From assembly GCA_902540805.1 (NCBI GenBank), contig CACBON010000004.1:25320-89319 (forward strand): a stretch of 64,000 nt of DNA, written 5' to 3'. A program made the translations under genes and the position numbers. Positions 9,664 through 19,379 of this stretch are shown piece by piece. The first letter of the stretch is position 1, and every line of letters begins with the position of its first letter. Below the pieces are notes generated by a model. It was not told the origin of the DNA and made no database searches. It saw nothing but the letters and a program-made list of their open reading frames with translations. The DNA is from an uncultured Alphaproteobacteria bacterium (GTDB lineage Bacteria > Pseudomonadota > Alphaproteobacteria > Methylaequorales > Methylaequoraceae).

Positions 9664-10296
9664 ATGTATAAAGTAAAAGAAATTTTTAGATCAATTCAAG
9701 GAGAAGGTTTTAATACTGGAAAAGAAAGCGTATTTATAAGATTTTCTGGTTGTAATTTCTGGAATGGAAGGGTCGAAGACAGGATGGAAGCAAAATGTAA
9801 TTTTTGTGATACTGATTTTGTTGGTGTTAATGGTAAAAATGGAGGTAACTATAATCTAAAAGAGTTAATTGAAGTCGTAGAAAGAGTTTGGGATTTGTCT
9901 TTTTCACTAAAAAAAAAAAACGTAATTCTAACTGGTGGGGAACCCCTATTACAAGTTGATAAAAAATTGTTAGATTTTTTGAAAAAAAAGAATTTTACAG
10001 TTGCTTTAGAAACAAACGGATCAATTAAAACAGACCTTGACTTTGACTGGATTTGTGTGAGCCCAAAGGATCCAGACCACTGGAAACAAAAAAAAGGCGA
10101 CGAATTAAAAATAATATATCCCCAAGATAAATTTAATTTAAAAGAAATAGTCAATTTAGATTTTAAATATTTTTTTTTACAACCAAAAGATGATAGCTTA
10201 ATGAAACTTAATCTTAATAAAACTATTGACTATTGCAATCTAAATAAGAAGTGGATACCTAGTTTTCAATTTCATAAAGTAATCGGAATTCAGTAA
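9664..10296 (+). CDS. queE: 7-carboxy-7-deazaguanine synthase (radical SAM)
   Basis: IFRSIQGEG...FIRFSGCNFWN...CNFCDTDF matches the QueE modified radical-SAM motif. Located between queC and queD. Confidence 0.9.
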   Translation: MYKVKEIFRSIQGEGFNTGKESVFIRFSGCNFWNGRVEDRMEAKCNFCDTDFVGVNGKNGGNYNLKELIEVVERVWDLSFSLKKKNVILTGGEPLLQVDKKLLDFLKKKNFTVALETNGSIKTDLDFDWICVSPKDPDHWKQKKGDELKIIYPQDKFNLKEIVNLDFKYFFLQPKDDSLMKLNLNKTIDYCNLNKKWIPSFQFHKVIGIQ

Positions 10297-10297
10297 A

Positions 10298-10654
10298 ATG
10301 ATAATCTTCAAAAAATATTACTTTGATGCGGCACATTACATGCCTGAATTCAAGAAACATCACAAATATAATAAAGTTCATGGGCATAGTTATGAAATTA
10401 TTATAAAATTGAAAGGTGAATTAGATCCAAAAAATAATTGGGTCATGGATTTAGAAAAACTTGATTCTTATGTCAAACCTGAGTTATCAAAACTCGACCA
10501 TTCAATATTAAATGAAGTTAAGGGTCTTGAAAAACCGACTAGTGAAAACATCGCAAAATGGCTTTGGAAAAGATTAAAAAAGAAAATTCACAATTTAGAT
10601 AGTGTTGAAATCAATAGACCAAGAATCGGAGGATGTATCTTCACAGGTGATTGA
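10298..10654 (+). CDS. queD: 6-carboxy-5,6,7,8-tetrahydropterin synthase
   Basis: 118 aa. FDAAHYMP...HGHSY zinc-binding His pattern of PTPS/QueD. Confidence 0.9.
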   Translation: MIIFKKYYFDAAHYMPEFKKHHKYNKVHGHSYEIIIKLKGELDPKNNWVMDLEKLDSYVKPELSKLDHSILNEVKGLEKPTSENIAKWLWKRLKKKIHNLDSVEINRPRIGGCIFTGD

Positions 10655-10655
10655 G

Positions 10656-11111
10656 TTACCTTCCTGAATAATTTGGAATGTCTAGGTCTTCTACATAAAC
10701 GTCTTTTGGTCTTTTTCCTCTTTGAAAAATTACATCAATAGGTATACCTCCTCTGGGATTCCAGTAACTTGCAACCCTAATCCACTTTGGTGATATATAC
10801 TTTATAATTTTTTTGGCTACTTTAATAGTACAATCTTCGTGGAAACCTCCGTAATTTCTGAATGTGAATAAAAAAAGTTTGAAAGATTTACTTTCCATTA
10901 TTTTTTTGTTAGGTACATAATCAACTATAAAATTACCAAAATCAGGTTGAGAAGTAATTGGACAAATACTTGTAAATTCTGGTGCAGTAAATCTTACACA
11001 ATAATCTTCATCTGGATGAGGGTTTCTCACCGTATCCAAAATAAAATTATCTGGTGAATTTTGAATTTTAGACCTTGATCCAAGGTACCTAGGTTCTTTT
11101 GTGTTTTTCAT
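10656..11111 (-). CDS. queF: NADPH-dependent 7-cyano-7-deazaguanine reductase (type I, unimodular)
   Basis: Catalytic Cys context FTSICPITSQPDF and QueF motif ESKSFKLFLFTF. Confidence 0.9.
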   Translation of the reverse strand: MKNTKEPRYLGSRSKIQNSPDNFILDTVRNPHPDEDYCVRFTAPEFTSICPITSQPDFGNFIVDYVPNKKIMESKSFKLFLFTFRNYGGFHEDCTIKVAKKIIKYISPKWIRVASYWNPRGGIPIDVIFQRGKRPKDVYVEDLDIPNYSGR

Positions 11112-12210
11112 GATTTGCAGAATATTTTTTTTTTAGTTCATAAAATTTTTTATTAATTATAGACTCTCGTATATCACACATCATTTTTTTGTAAAAAGCA
11201 ATATTATGTAAACTTAAAATCATACACGCTAAAATTTCATTATTTTTAACTAAGTGATGAATGTAAGATTTAGAAAAATTTTGAGAAACATATAAATCCA
11301 ATCCTTCATCAAGAGGAGAGTCGTCTTTAAGATATTTCGCATTTTTCAAGTTTATTTCACCATTACTTGTAAAAGCCCTACCATTCCTCCCAAACCTCGT
11401 AGGTAAAACACAATCAAACATATCAACTCCTCTTTCTACTGCTGCAAATATGTCAATTGGTCTGCCAACACCCATCAAATATCTAGGTTTATCTTCATCG
11501 ATATTTTCGAGAGAAAAATCAATTGATTTGATCATCTCTTCATGAGACTCTCCAACTGAAAGTCCCCCGAGGGCATAACCATCAAATCCAATTTTACTTA
11601 ATTTTTCAGAGCATTTCTTTCTTAGAGTTTCAAACATACCTCCTTGAATAATTCCAAATAAACCAAAACCTTCTCTGGATGTGAAAGTATTTTTACACCT
11701 ATTCGCCCATCTTATTGATAATTCCATTGACTCTTCAGCTCTTGAAAAGGATGCAGGATATTCCGTACATTCATCTAGTACCATGGAAATATCAGAATTT
11801 AATCTTTCTTGGATTTGAATTGCAGATTCAGGGGTTAATTCAATTTTCTTTCCGTCAATATGAGATACAAAATTAATTCCATGTTCATTTATTTTTCTTA
11901 ATTTTGATAAAGACCATACTTGATATCCGCCAGAATCTGTCAAAATTGGTTTATTCCAATTAATAAATTTGTGAAGCCCTCCCAATTCTTTTACTAAACG
12001 ATCTCCTGGGCGAAGCATCAAATGGTATGTATTTGCTAAAATAATTTCTATACCAAGTTTTTCTAAATCTCTCTGAAAAATTGCCTTTACGCTTCCAAGC
12101 GTACCAACAGGCATAAAAACAGGAGTTTTAATTTTTCCATGAAACGTTTCAATTGATCCTGCGCGTGCCTTTTGATATTTATTTTCTATATAGAATTTAA
12201 ACTTTGCCAT
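11089..12210 (-). CDS. tgt: Queuine tRNA-ribosyltransferase
   Basis: 373 aa. TPVFMPVGT, LTDSGGYQV and GLFGIIQGG blocks are characteristic of bacterial TGT. Confidence 0.95.
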   Translation of the reverse strand: MAKFKFYIENKYQKARAGSIETFHGKIKTPVFMPVGTLGSVKAIFQRDLEKLGIEIILANTYHLMLRPGDRLVKELGGLHKFINWNKPILTDSGGYQVWSLSKLRKINEHGINFVSHIDGKKIELTPESAIQIQERLNSDISMVLDECTEYPASFSRAEESMELSIRWANRCKNTFTSREGFGLFGIIQGGMFETLRKKCSEKLSKIGFDGYALGGLSVGESHEEMIKSIDFSLENIDEDKPRYLMGVGRPIDIFAAVERGVDMFDCVLPTRFGRNGRAFTSNGEINLKNAKYLKDDSPLDEGLDLYVSQNFSKSYIHHLVKNNEILACMILSLHNIAFYKKMMCDIRESIINKKFYELKKKYSANHEKHKRT

Positions 12211-13237
12211 TTTTATTCCAAATTAAACATGCATCTCCATAAGAAAAAAAACGAAGTTTATTTTTTATAGCAAAATCATAAAGTCTCATTGTTTTTTTTT
12301 TTCCAATAAGTGTGAAGATTAAAAGAAGTAATGTAGATTTTGGTGTATGAAAATTTGTAACAAGTCCATCAACAGAATTTATTTCCCATCCGGGTTTTAT
12401 AAATATATTTGTTTCACCTTTATATGGTGAAATATAACCTTTGCTGTCTTTTGATGATTCAAGTAATCTTAAAACCGTTGTTCCAATAGCAATTATTCTT
12501 CCGCCATTGTTCTTTACTTTATTAATTTCTTCAGATGTTTTTTTTGAAATACATCCATATTCATAATGCATCTTATGTTTAAAAACATTTGCTGTTCTTA
12601 TTGGAGTGAAAGTCCCACCATTTACATGTAAAGTAATATAAATTATTTTAATTTTTTTTTTTTTTAGTTTGTTAATTAAACGTTTAGTAAAGTGAAAGCT
12701 TGCTGTTGGAGCAGCTACTGCTCCCTCATTTTTGGCAAAGATAGTTTGATAATTATTAAAATCCGATTTCTTGTGACCTCTCTTTTTTATGTAGGGGGGG
12801 ATGGGCGGTTTTCCAAAAATTTTAATTTTTTCTAAAAATTCTTTGTAGGGTAAGTCAAACTTTAAAGATATTTCATAATCATGAATTTGAATTATTTCAG
12901 CAAATTGTTTTTTAAAAATACTGATTTTCATTCCGGTCATTAGCTTTTTTTTTGCTTTTAAAAAGGCACTCCATATGTTTTCTTTTTTATCTTCAATTTT
13001 ATTTAGATTTATTGAAACTTTTTGATTGTTAATTACGCCTTCGAGTTCAGCATGGATTACTTTAGTGTTGTTGATAATAATTGCATCTGATGAATTTAAT
13101 TCATTTATAAGTTCATTAAACTTTATTATTCTGTTATTTTTACCTACAACAACTAATTTTGAATTGTCTCTAGGTTTTACAGGGTGCAGGGCTACCAGTT
13201 CCTTTGGAATTTCATAATCTAAATCTTTTAGATGCAT
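12197..13237 (-). CDS. queA: S-adenosylmethionine:tRNA ribosyltransferase-isomerase
   Basis: 346 aa. LDYEIPKELVALHP N-terminus, PPYIKK, GAVAAPTASFHFT and IAIGTT blocks match QueA. Confidence 0.95.
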   Translation of the reverse strand: MHLKDLDYEIPKELVALHPVKPRDNSKLVVVGKNNRIIKFNELINELNSSDAIIINNTKVIHAELEGVINNQKVSINLNKIEDKKENIWSAFLKAKKKLMTGMKISIFKKQFAEIIQIHDYEISLKFDLPYKEFLEKIKIFGKPPIPPYIKKRGHKKSDFNNYQTIFAKNEGAVAAPTASFHFTKRLINKLKKKKIKIIYITLHVNGGTFTPIRTANVFKHKMHYEYGCISKKTSEEINKVKNNGGRIIAIGTTVLRLLESSKDSKGYISPYKGETNIFIKPGWEINSVDGLVTNFHTPKSTLLLLIFTLIGKKKTMRLYDFAIKNKLRFFSYGDACLIWNKNGKV

Positions 13238-13238
13238 T

Positions 13239-14372
13239 TTAGTAAAGATTATCTATTACTTTAGTCAGAAAATCTTCACATTTTTTTAACTGTACTATTT
13301 CAATGTATTCATCTGGTTTGTGAGCTTGTTTAATACTTCCTGGACCACAAACAATTGTCTGAAAACCTATCTGATTGAAAATACCTGCTTCTGTACCGAA
13401 ACTCACAGTATTTACAGAGTTAGTTCTCAATTTTTCTAAGCAAAGTGATATGATATTTGAATTGTGATTTGTTATCAAAGGTGGGAAATTATTCTGTTCA
13501 GACAAAGATATACTGCATTTCTTGTTAAATGACTTCATCTCTCCCTCTAAAATTAATAGATATTCTTTGATTTGGCTTACAAACTTTTCTGTATTAAATT
13601 TTGGAGTATCTCTTATCTCAAATTCAATTTTACAATTGTTCGGTATAATGTTAACTGCGGTTCCACCAGAAATTTTTCCAACATTAATGGTTGTAAAACT
13701 TGGATAGAAATTAAGGTCTTTTTTTTTTTCAATTAATTTTTGTTTAGCTTCTAGAAATTGAATAAACTTTGAGCAGTATTGTATTGCATTGACACCCTCA
13801 TTTATTAAAGATGAGTGAGATTCTAATCCATTAAATGTTACTTCAAAGTTTTTCTTTCCTTTGTGCTGATTTACAAGTTTCATTTCAGTTGGTTCACCGA
13901 CAATACAAAATTTTGGTTTAGGATCTAGTTTATTCAAAAAAGGAACTAATTTCTGAATACCGAGACATCCTACTTCTTCATCATATGAGAAAATTAGAAA
14001 AAGAGGCTTCTTCATTTTTTTAATTTTTAATTTTTTTAATAAAGACAATACAACTGCTATGAATCCTTTCATATCAGCAGTTCCTCTACCATAATATTTA
14101 TTATTTTTCATAGTTAAATTAAAAGGGTTCGATGTCCATTTTTGTCCATCTGTTGGAACAACGTCTGTATGGCCAGATAAGGCAATTCCACCGTCTTTTT
14201 TTGGTCCAATTCTGCAAAAAATATTAAACCTACCTTTTTCGCCTTCAATTTTTTTGGCTTTTAATCCAATTTTATTTAAATAATCTATAATAAAATTTGC
14301 CAATTCTTTATTCGAATTTTCACTAATTGTTGGAAAAGAAATTAATTTGGAAAAGATCTTATCTAAATTCAT
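13239..14372 (-). CDS. argE: Acetylornithine deacetylase (M20 peptidase family)
   Basis: LSGHTDVVP, YGRGTADMKGF and SYDEEVGCLG blocks match ArgE-type M20 enzymes. A related M20 specificity cannot be excluded. Confidence 0.75.
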   Translation of the reverse strand: MNLDKIFSKLISFPTISENSNKELANFIIDYLNKIGLKAKKIEGEKGRFNIFCRIGPKKDGGIALSGHTDVVPTDGQKWTSNPFNLTMKNNKYYGRGTADMKGFIAVVLSLLKKLKIKKMKKPLFLIFSYDEEVGCLGIQKLVPFLNKLDPKPKFCIVGEPTEMKLVNQHKGKKNFEVTFNGLESHSSLINEGVNAIQYCSKFIQFLEAKQKLIEKKKDLNFYPSFTTINVGKISGGTAVNIIPNNCKIEFEIRDTPKFNTEKFVSQIKEYLLILEGEMKSFNKKCSISLSEQNNFPPLITNHNSNIISLCLEKLRTNSVNTVSFGTEAGIFNQIGFQTIVCGPGSIKQAHKPDEYIEIVQLKKCEDFLTKVIDNLY

Positions 14373-14374
14373 TT

Positions 14375-15139
14375 TTAAGAATTATTAAATTGTTCGTTAA
14401 TTATGCGCTCTTCTAAGTCATGACCAGGATCAAACAACAAGTTTACAAATAATTTTTTTTCAAGTTCAATTTCAAGCTTGTCAATATTTTCAAATTGCAT
14501 GAAGTCTGCTTCTGCCCTAACAGGTCTCAATTTAGAGTCAATTGCGTACAGAGTAATTTTTGCATCATTGGTAAGTAAAGCACCTCTCCATCTTCTTGGC
14601 CTGTAAGGACTTATTGGAGTCAGTGCTAAAACTTTAGCACCTACAGGAATAACAGGACCTCTCAATGAAAGATTATAAGCTGAACTCCCAGCTGGAGTTG
14701 CGATTAAACAACCGTCACCAAGGAATTCTTCAATCCTAGTTTTATTATTTACTTCAATTTTAATTTTTGCAATTTTTGAGCTACTTCTTATTAGAGATAC
14801 ATCGTTAAAAGCTAAACTCTCTTTAATTTTTTTATTTTTTTCAAAGCATTTGATTTTCAAAGGTGATAGCTTATATGGAATTGCTTCTTCTAATCTTTTT
14901 TTTAAATTTTTCTCAGAAAATTGATTCATCAAAAATCCAATGTGACCTCTGTTCATTCCATAAATTGGTTTGTTCAAATGTAAAAAATCATGTAATGATT
15001 TTAACATTGTTCCATCACCTCCTAGTGCCACTATAATATCTGCTTTTTCAGGCGGAACAGAATCGTAAGTTTGTTTCATCATTTTAAGAGATTTAATAGC
15101 GTCTGGTTTTTCTGAAGAAACAAATCCAATTTTTGTCAT
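14375..15139 (-). CDS. nadK: NAD kinase
   Basis: GGDGTML motif plus ATPAGSSAYNLS block. Confidence 0.9.
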   Translation of the reverse strand: MTKIGFVSSEKPDAIKSLKMMKQTYDSVPPEKADIIVALGGDGTMLKSLHDFLHLNKPIYGMNRGHIGFLMNQFSEKNLKKRLEEAIPYKLSPLKIKCFEKNKKIKESLAFNDVSLIRSSSKIAKIKIEVNNKTRIEEFLGDGCLIATPAGSSAYNLSLRGPVIPVGAKVLALTPISPYRPRRWRGALLTNDAKITLYAIDSKLRPVRAEADFMQFENIDKLEIELEKKLFVNLLFDPGHDLEERIINEQFNNS

Positions 15140-15142
15140 TTA

Positions 15143-16126
15143 TTAACCACCTGTAGTATTCATAAATCTTTTATGAATATAGCTCTTTTCGTCAATCTTA
15201 AAGTAATGTCTTTCTGGTTTCATGAAAATGACTTTCTTTAATGCATTCAACAAATTTGGTCTGTCATTAGCTCTAATAAAAGGAGTTAGGTCTAAAGAAT
15301 TGTTATCACCAAGACATGGATAAACTTTTCCATTTGAAGTTATTCTTAATCTGTTACAAGTTTCACAAAAATGATCAGATATAGGAGAGATGAAACCCAC
15401 AAATAAATTTAATCTTTTGCAATAGAAATAGTTTGATGGACCAGACGACTTTAGTGAAGATTGTTCTAAATCAAAATCTTTACAAATAATTTCCTTTGCT
15501 TTGTTAACAGAAAAATATTGCGACTTTCTGGAAGTAAACATATCTCCTACTGGCATAACTTCAATGAAAGATAATGTAAAAGAATTATGACTACACCATT
15601 TCATTATTTCTAATAATTCATCATCATTAAAATTTTTTAAAAGAACTGTATTTATCTTTATAGATAACTTATTTTCTTTAGCACTTTCAATACCTTCAAA
15701 AACACTTTCAATGTTTCCTCCATTAGTAATGAAATTAAATTTTTCTTTTATAAGCGAATCAAGTGAAACATTTACTCGTTTGACTCCAAGGTCTGACAAT
15801 GTTTTTGCATATTTTTTTAACTGTGTACCATTCGTTGTTAATAAAATTTCATCGATAACTTTTTTACTTAGTTTTTTGGACAGGAATTCAATATATTCCA
15901 CTATATCTTTTCTCACTAACGGTTCTCCACCAGTAATACGAAATTTTTTGATCCCTAAATCAATGAGTGACTCTGAAATTAATTTGAGTTTATCAATATC
16001 TAAAATTTCCTCTTTTTTGTAAAAATTAGGATTGGACTCAGGCATACAATATTTGCATCTAAGATCACATCTGTCAGTAACAGAAATTCTTACATAGTCA
16101 ATTTTTCTTCCAAAGTTATCCAGCAT
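15143..16126 (-). CDS. moaA: GTP 3',8-cyclase (molybdenum cofactor biosynthesis protein A)
   Basis: Radical-SAM motif CDLRCKYCMP, a C-terminal second cluster (CETCNRLRITSNGKVYPC) and a terminal GG. Confidence 0.95.
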   Translation of the reverse strand: MLDNFGRKIDYVRISVTDRCDLRCKYCMPESNPNFYKKEEILDIDKLKLISESLIDLGIKKFRITGGEPLVRKDIVEYIEFLSKKLSKKVIDEILLTTNGTQLKKYAKTLSDLGVKRVNVSLDSLIKEKFNFITNGGNIESVFEGIESAKENKLSIKINTVLLKNFNDDELLEIMKWCSHNSFTLSFIEVMPVGDMFTSRKSQYFSVNKAKEIICKDFDLEQSSLKSSGPSNYFYCKRLNLFVGFISPISDHFCETCNRLRITSNGKVYPCLGDNNSLDLTPFIRANDRPNLLNALKKVIFMKPERHYFKIDEKSYIHKRFMNTTGG

Positions 16127-16205
16127 AATTTTTTTGAATAATATTCATATTTTAATTCTTAGGTTAAAATAATATAGTAATCAAATTATTAGTAAACTTA
16201 AAGTC

Positions 16206-17000
16206 ATGAAAATTAAACCCAACTTAGAAAATTCATCCTTAACAAGAAAAATCTTTGGATTAGATGAGTATTTAAAGCGAAAGAGGATTGACGTAATAGA
16301 AGAAAAGCCGATAACACTCTATTTAAACAGTCAAGAAATTGTGACAATGATGACAATTAACGATTTCCCAGAATATTTAGCACTTGGTTATCTTTTAAAT
16401 CAAAATATGATTACCAAAACAACAAAAATTGAGTCTGTTGAATATTATGCAGATCTAAAAACAGTTGTTGTAAGAACAAAAAAATCAACAAATTTTGAAG
16501 CAAAATTAAAAAAAAAGACCATTACCTCAGGTTGTGCTCAAGGAACAGTATTCGGTGATATTATGGATAATTTGAAAAAATTTAAATTTAAAAATTCTTT
16601 CAAAATTAAAAAATCATGGATTTATGACTTATCAAAAAAAATTAATCTAACTCCTAGTCTTTATCTTAAAGCTGGAGCTATTCATGGTTGTGTCTTATGT
16701 GTGAAAAACAAGCCTTTAATATATATGGAGGATGTTGGGAGACATAATGCTATTGATAAGATTGCAGGTTACATGAAAGCAAAAAAGATTTCTCCAGCCA
16801 ATAAAATTTTTTATACAACTGGAAGACTCACAAGTGAAATGGTAATGAAGTCAGTTAAAATGAGAATCCCAATAGTTATTTCAAGATCAGGTTTCACAGC
16901 ATGGGGCGTTGACCTTGCTCGACAAGCTAACCTGACTTTAATTGGAAGAGCCAAAGGTAAAAAATTTTTTGTCTTGAGTGGAGAACATAGAATTGAATAA
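16206..17000 (+). CDS. fdhD: Formate dehydrogenase accessory sulfurtransferase FdhD
   Basis: 264 aa with TSGCAQG and GRHNAIDK signature blocks. Confidence 0.9.
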   Translation: MKIKPNLENSSLTRKIFGLDEYLKRKRIDVIEEKPITLYLNSQEIVTMMTINDFPEYLALGYLLNQNMITKTTKIESVEYYADLKTVVVRTKKSTNFEAKLKKKTITSGCAQGTVFGDIMDNLKKFKFKNSFKIKKSWIYDLSKKINLTPSLYLKAGAIHGCVLCVKNKPLIYMEDVGRHNAIDKIAGYMKAKKISPANKIFYTTGRLTSEMVMKSVKMRIPIVISRSGFTAWGVDLARQANLTLIGRAKGKKFFVLSGEHRIE

Positions 17001-17613
17001 AGACAAAATTTTAGGCGTTATACTATCAGGGGGGTTGTCAAGAAGAATGGGATCTGACAAAACTTTTAAGAAAATTTCAGGTGTAAATTTGATACAGCAT
17101 ACCATTAAGAGATCCATCAACCAGGTTGGAAGATTAATTGTAAATTCAAATGATTCTAATAAAATTTTTAAGAATCTTGACTCAACCATAATTGTAAAGG
17201 ATTGTATTCCAGGAAACTTTGGTCCTCTTGTAGGAATTTTATCTGGTATTAAGTGGGCAAGGCATGATTCAAATTATAATTGGTTAGTAAGTTTTCCGGT
17301 AGATTCTCCTTTTTTTCCAAATGATATTGTAAATAGATTCATTGAAGAGAGTGAAAATTATGAAATTCTAATGGCGGAATGTTCCAAAAGAGTACATCCA
17401 GTTTTTTCAATGTGGAAAGTAAATATAGAAATGGAAAATCAATTGGAAATTTTCTTGAATGCTGGTGGAAGGAAGATAGATGCATTTACTAAAAAATTTA
17501 ATACGAGGGTGGTAAAGTTTGAGGAATTTAGATATGATCCATTTTTTAACGTTAATACTGTCAAAGACTTAAAAATTGCGAATGAAATTTACAACAAATA
17601 CTTCAAAGATTAA
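16978..17613 (+). CDS. mobA: Molybdenum cofactor guanylyltransferase
   Basis: GVILSGGLSRRMGSDK nucleotide-binding motif. Follows fdhD with a 23-nt overlap. Confidence 0.85.
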   Translation: MENIELNKDKILGVILSGGLSRRMGSDKTFKKISGVNLIQHTIKRSINQVGRLIVNSNDSNKIFKNLDSTIIVKDCIPGNFGPLVGILSGIKWARHDSNYNWLVSFPVDSPFFPNDIVNRFIEESENYEILMAECSKRVHPVFSMWKVNIEMENQLEIFLNAGGRKIDAFTKKFNTRVVKFEEFRYDPFFNVNTVKDLKIANEIYNKYFKD

Positions 17614-17615
17614 AA

Positions 17616-19373
17616 ATGAGTTTTTTAGATAAATTACACAAAAAAAATATAATCGCAAAACCAGGATTTAATAGGTGGTTAGTGCCACCAGCCTCTATTG
17701 CTATTCATTTGTGTATTGGATCAGTTTACGCATGGAGTATGTTTAACCCAGCTTTGGTTAAAATTCTAGGAGTTGTAACATCCTCTGGAGATGACTGGAA
17801 TCTCGGTCAAGTTGTTTGGATTTTTTCTGTAGCAATTGTTAGCTTAGGATTTGCAGCAGCTTATGCTGGTAAATGGCTTGAGGAAGTTGGTCCTAGGATG
17901 GTTGGATTTGTAGCAGCGTGCTGTTGGGGTGGGGGGTTTGTCATTGGCTCAATTGGAATCTTTCTCCAAGAAATGGGGGTTCAAATAACTTTGTCTCTCC
18001 CAATGTTAAGCGACGATCCAATAATATTAAGTGTTGGGTTATATCTTCTGTATCTAGGTTATGGCGTAATTGGTGGAATTGGGTTAGGACTTGGTTACGT
18101 TTCGCCAGTATCAACTTTAATAAGATGGTTTCCAGATAGGAGAGGGATGGCAACTGGCATGGCTATAATGGGTTTTGGTGGTGGTGCTATGATTGCAAAA
18201 GTTACTATAGACAGATTATTAGCAAAATTTTACAAAGTTCCAGAGTATTTAGGAGATATAGATTCACTGAACCTAATAACGGAGGGTGGAAGAAGATTTG
18301 TAGATATTTCAGGAAACTTAGTTGAAGTTGTAATTGTTACAGTCAATGATTTAGCAAAAATGATAGTACCTGGAGATCCTGGTGTGTATATTGTCGGAAC
18401 CGGTTCAAGTGGTGCTGCCCAAACATTCCTTTTTTTGGGTATTGTTTATTTTATCATTATGACCATTGCCGCATTTTCTTATAGAGTTCCTCCTGAAGGA
18501 TGGAAACCCAAAGGATGGACACCTCCAAAAGATTCAAAAAAGACAAGATTAATTACTAAGAATAACGTGCATATTGATCAAGCTTTAAAAACTCCACAAT
18601 TTTATTTCTTATGGATTGTACTTTGCTTTAACGTCACAGCTGGTATAGGAGTTATTGGGGTTGCTAAAACAATGATGATTGAAATTTTTGAACCAAGTTT
18701 ACCAGTCATTGTAACGGCAGGTTTTGCCGGAACATACGTATTGATGATAAGTGTTTTTAACATGGTTGGAAGAATATTTTGGGCATCCATGTCAGACTTT
18801 ATTGGAAGAAAACCCACATACTTTATATTTTTTTCGCTTGGAATACTTTTATACTTGTCAATTCCTTTTACTGCTAAAGCTATGAGTGTTGACCCCGTTG
18901 TAACTTATCTCATACTCTTTTATGCAGCATCAATGGTGATTTTTACAATGTATGGTGGTGGTTTTGCAACAATTCCGGCTTATCTTGCCGATATCTTTGG
19001 CACAAAATATGTTGGAGGAATACACGGAAGACTTCTTACAGCTTGGTCCACAGCTGGTGTTTTGGGTCCTGTTGCAATTACTCAACTTAGACAAAATTCA
19101 GTAGATAGCGCTATTAATGATCTTGTATCCAAAATAAGTCCCGAAAAATTTACAGAAATTTACGGAGCTTCCGTAGAAAATTTATCACTTTTGGTTCAAG
19201 AAAAAACAGTCACGATATCTAACTTAATGCCTCATATGCCAGAAGGCACAATCAATCCATCAACAACATTATATAACTCTACAATGTTTGCCATGGCTGG
19301 TTTATTGGCCATAGCTTTTGTTGCCAACCTCTTGATAGGTCCGGTAAATGAAAAACACCATATGAAAGAATAG
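17616..19373 (+). CDS. MFS transporter, oxalate/formate antiporter (OFA) family-like
   Basis: 585 aa with many TM helices and a RWFPDRRGMATG loop typical of OFA-type MFS. Carries extra soluble inserts after TM6 and near the C-terminus. Embedded in the formate dehydrogenase cluster. Confidence 0.75.
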   Translation: MSFLDKLHKKNIIAKPGFNRWLVPPASIAIHLCIGSVYAWSMFNPALVKILGVVTSSGDDWNLGQVVWIFSVAIVSLGFAAAYAGKWLEEVGPRMVGFVAACCWGGGFVIGSIGIFLQEMGVQITLSLPMLSDDPIILSVGLYLLYLGYGVIGGIGLGLGYVSPVSTLIRWFPDRRGMATGMAIMGFGGGAMIAKVTIDRLLAKFYKVPEYLGDIDSLNLITEGGRRFVDISGNLVEVVIVTVNDLAKMIVPGDPGVYIVGTGSSGAAQTFLFLGIVYFIIMTIAAFSYRVPPEGWKPKGWTPPKDSKKTRLITKNNVHIDQALKTPQFYFLWIVLCFNVTAGIGVIGVAKTMMIEIFEPSLPVIVTAGFAGTYVLMISVFNMVGRIFWASMSDFIGRKPTYFIFFSLGILLYLSIPFTAKAMSVDPVVTYLILFYAASMVIFTMYGGGFATIPAYLADIFGTKYVGGIHGRLLTAWSTAGVLGPVAITQLRQNSVDSAINDLVSKISPEKFTEIYGASVENLSLLVQEKTVTISNLMPHMPEGTINPSTTLYNSTMFAMAGLLAIAFVANLLIGPVNEKHHMKE

Positions 19374-19379
19374 CTTCTA

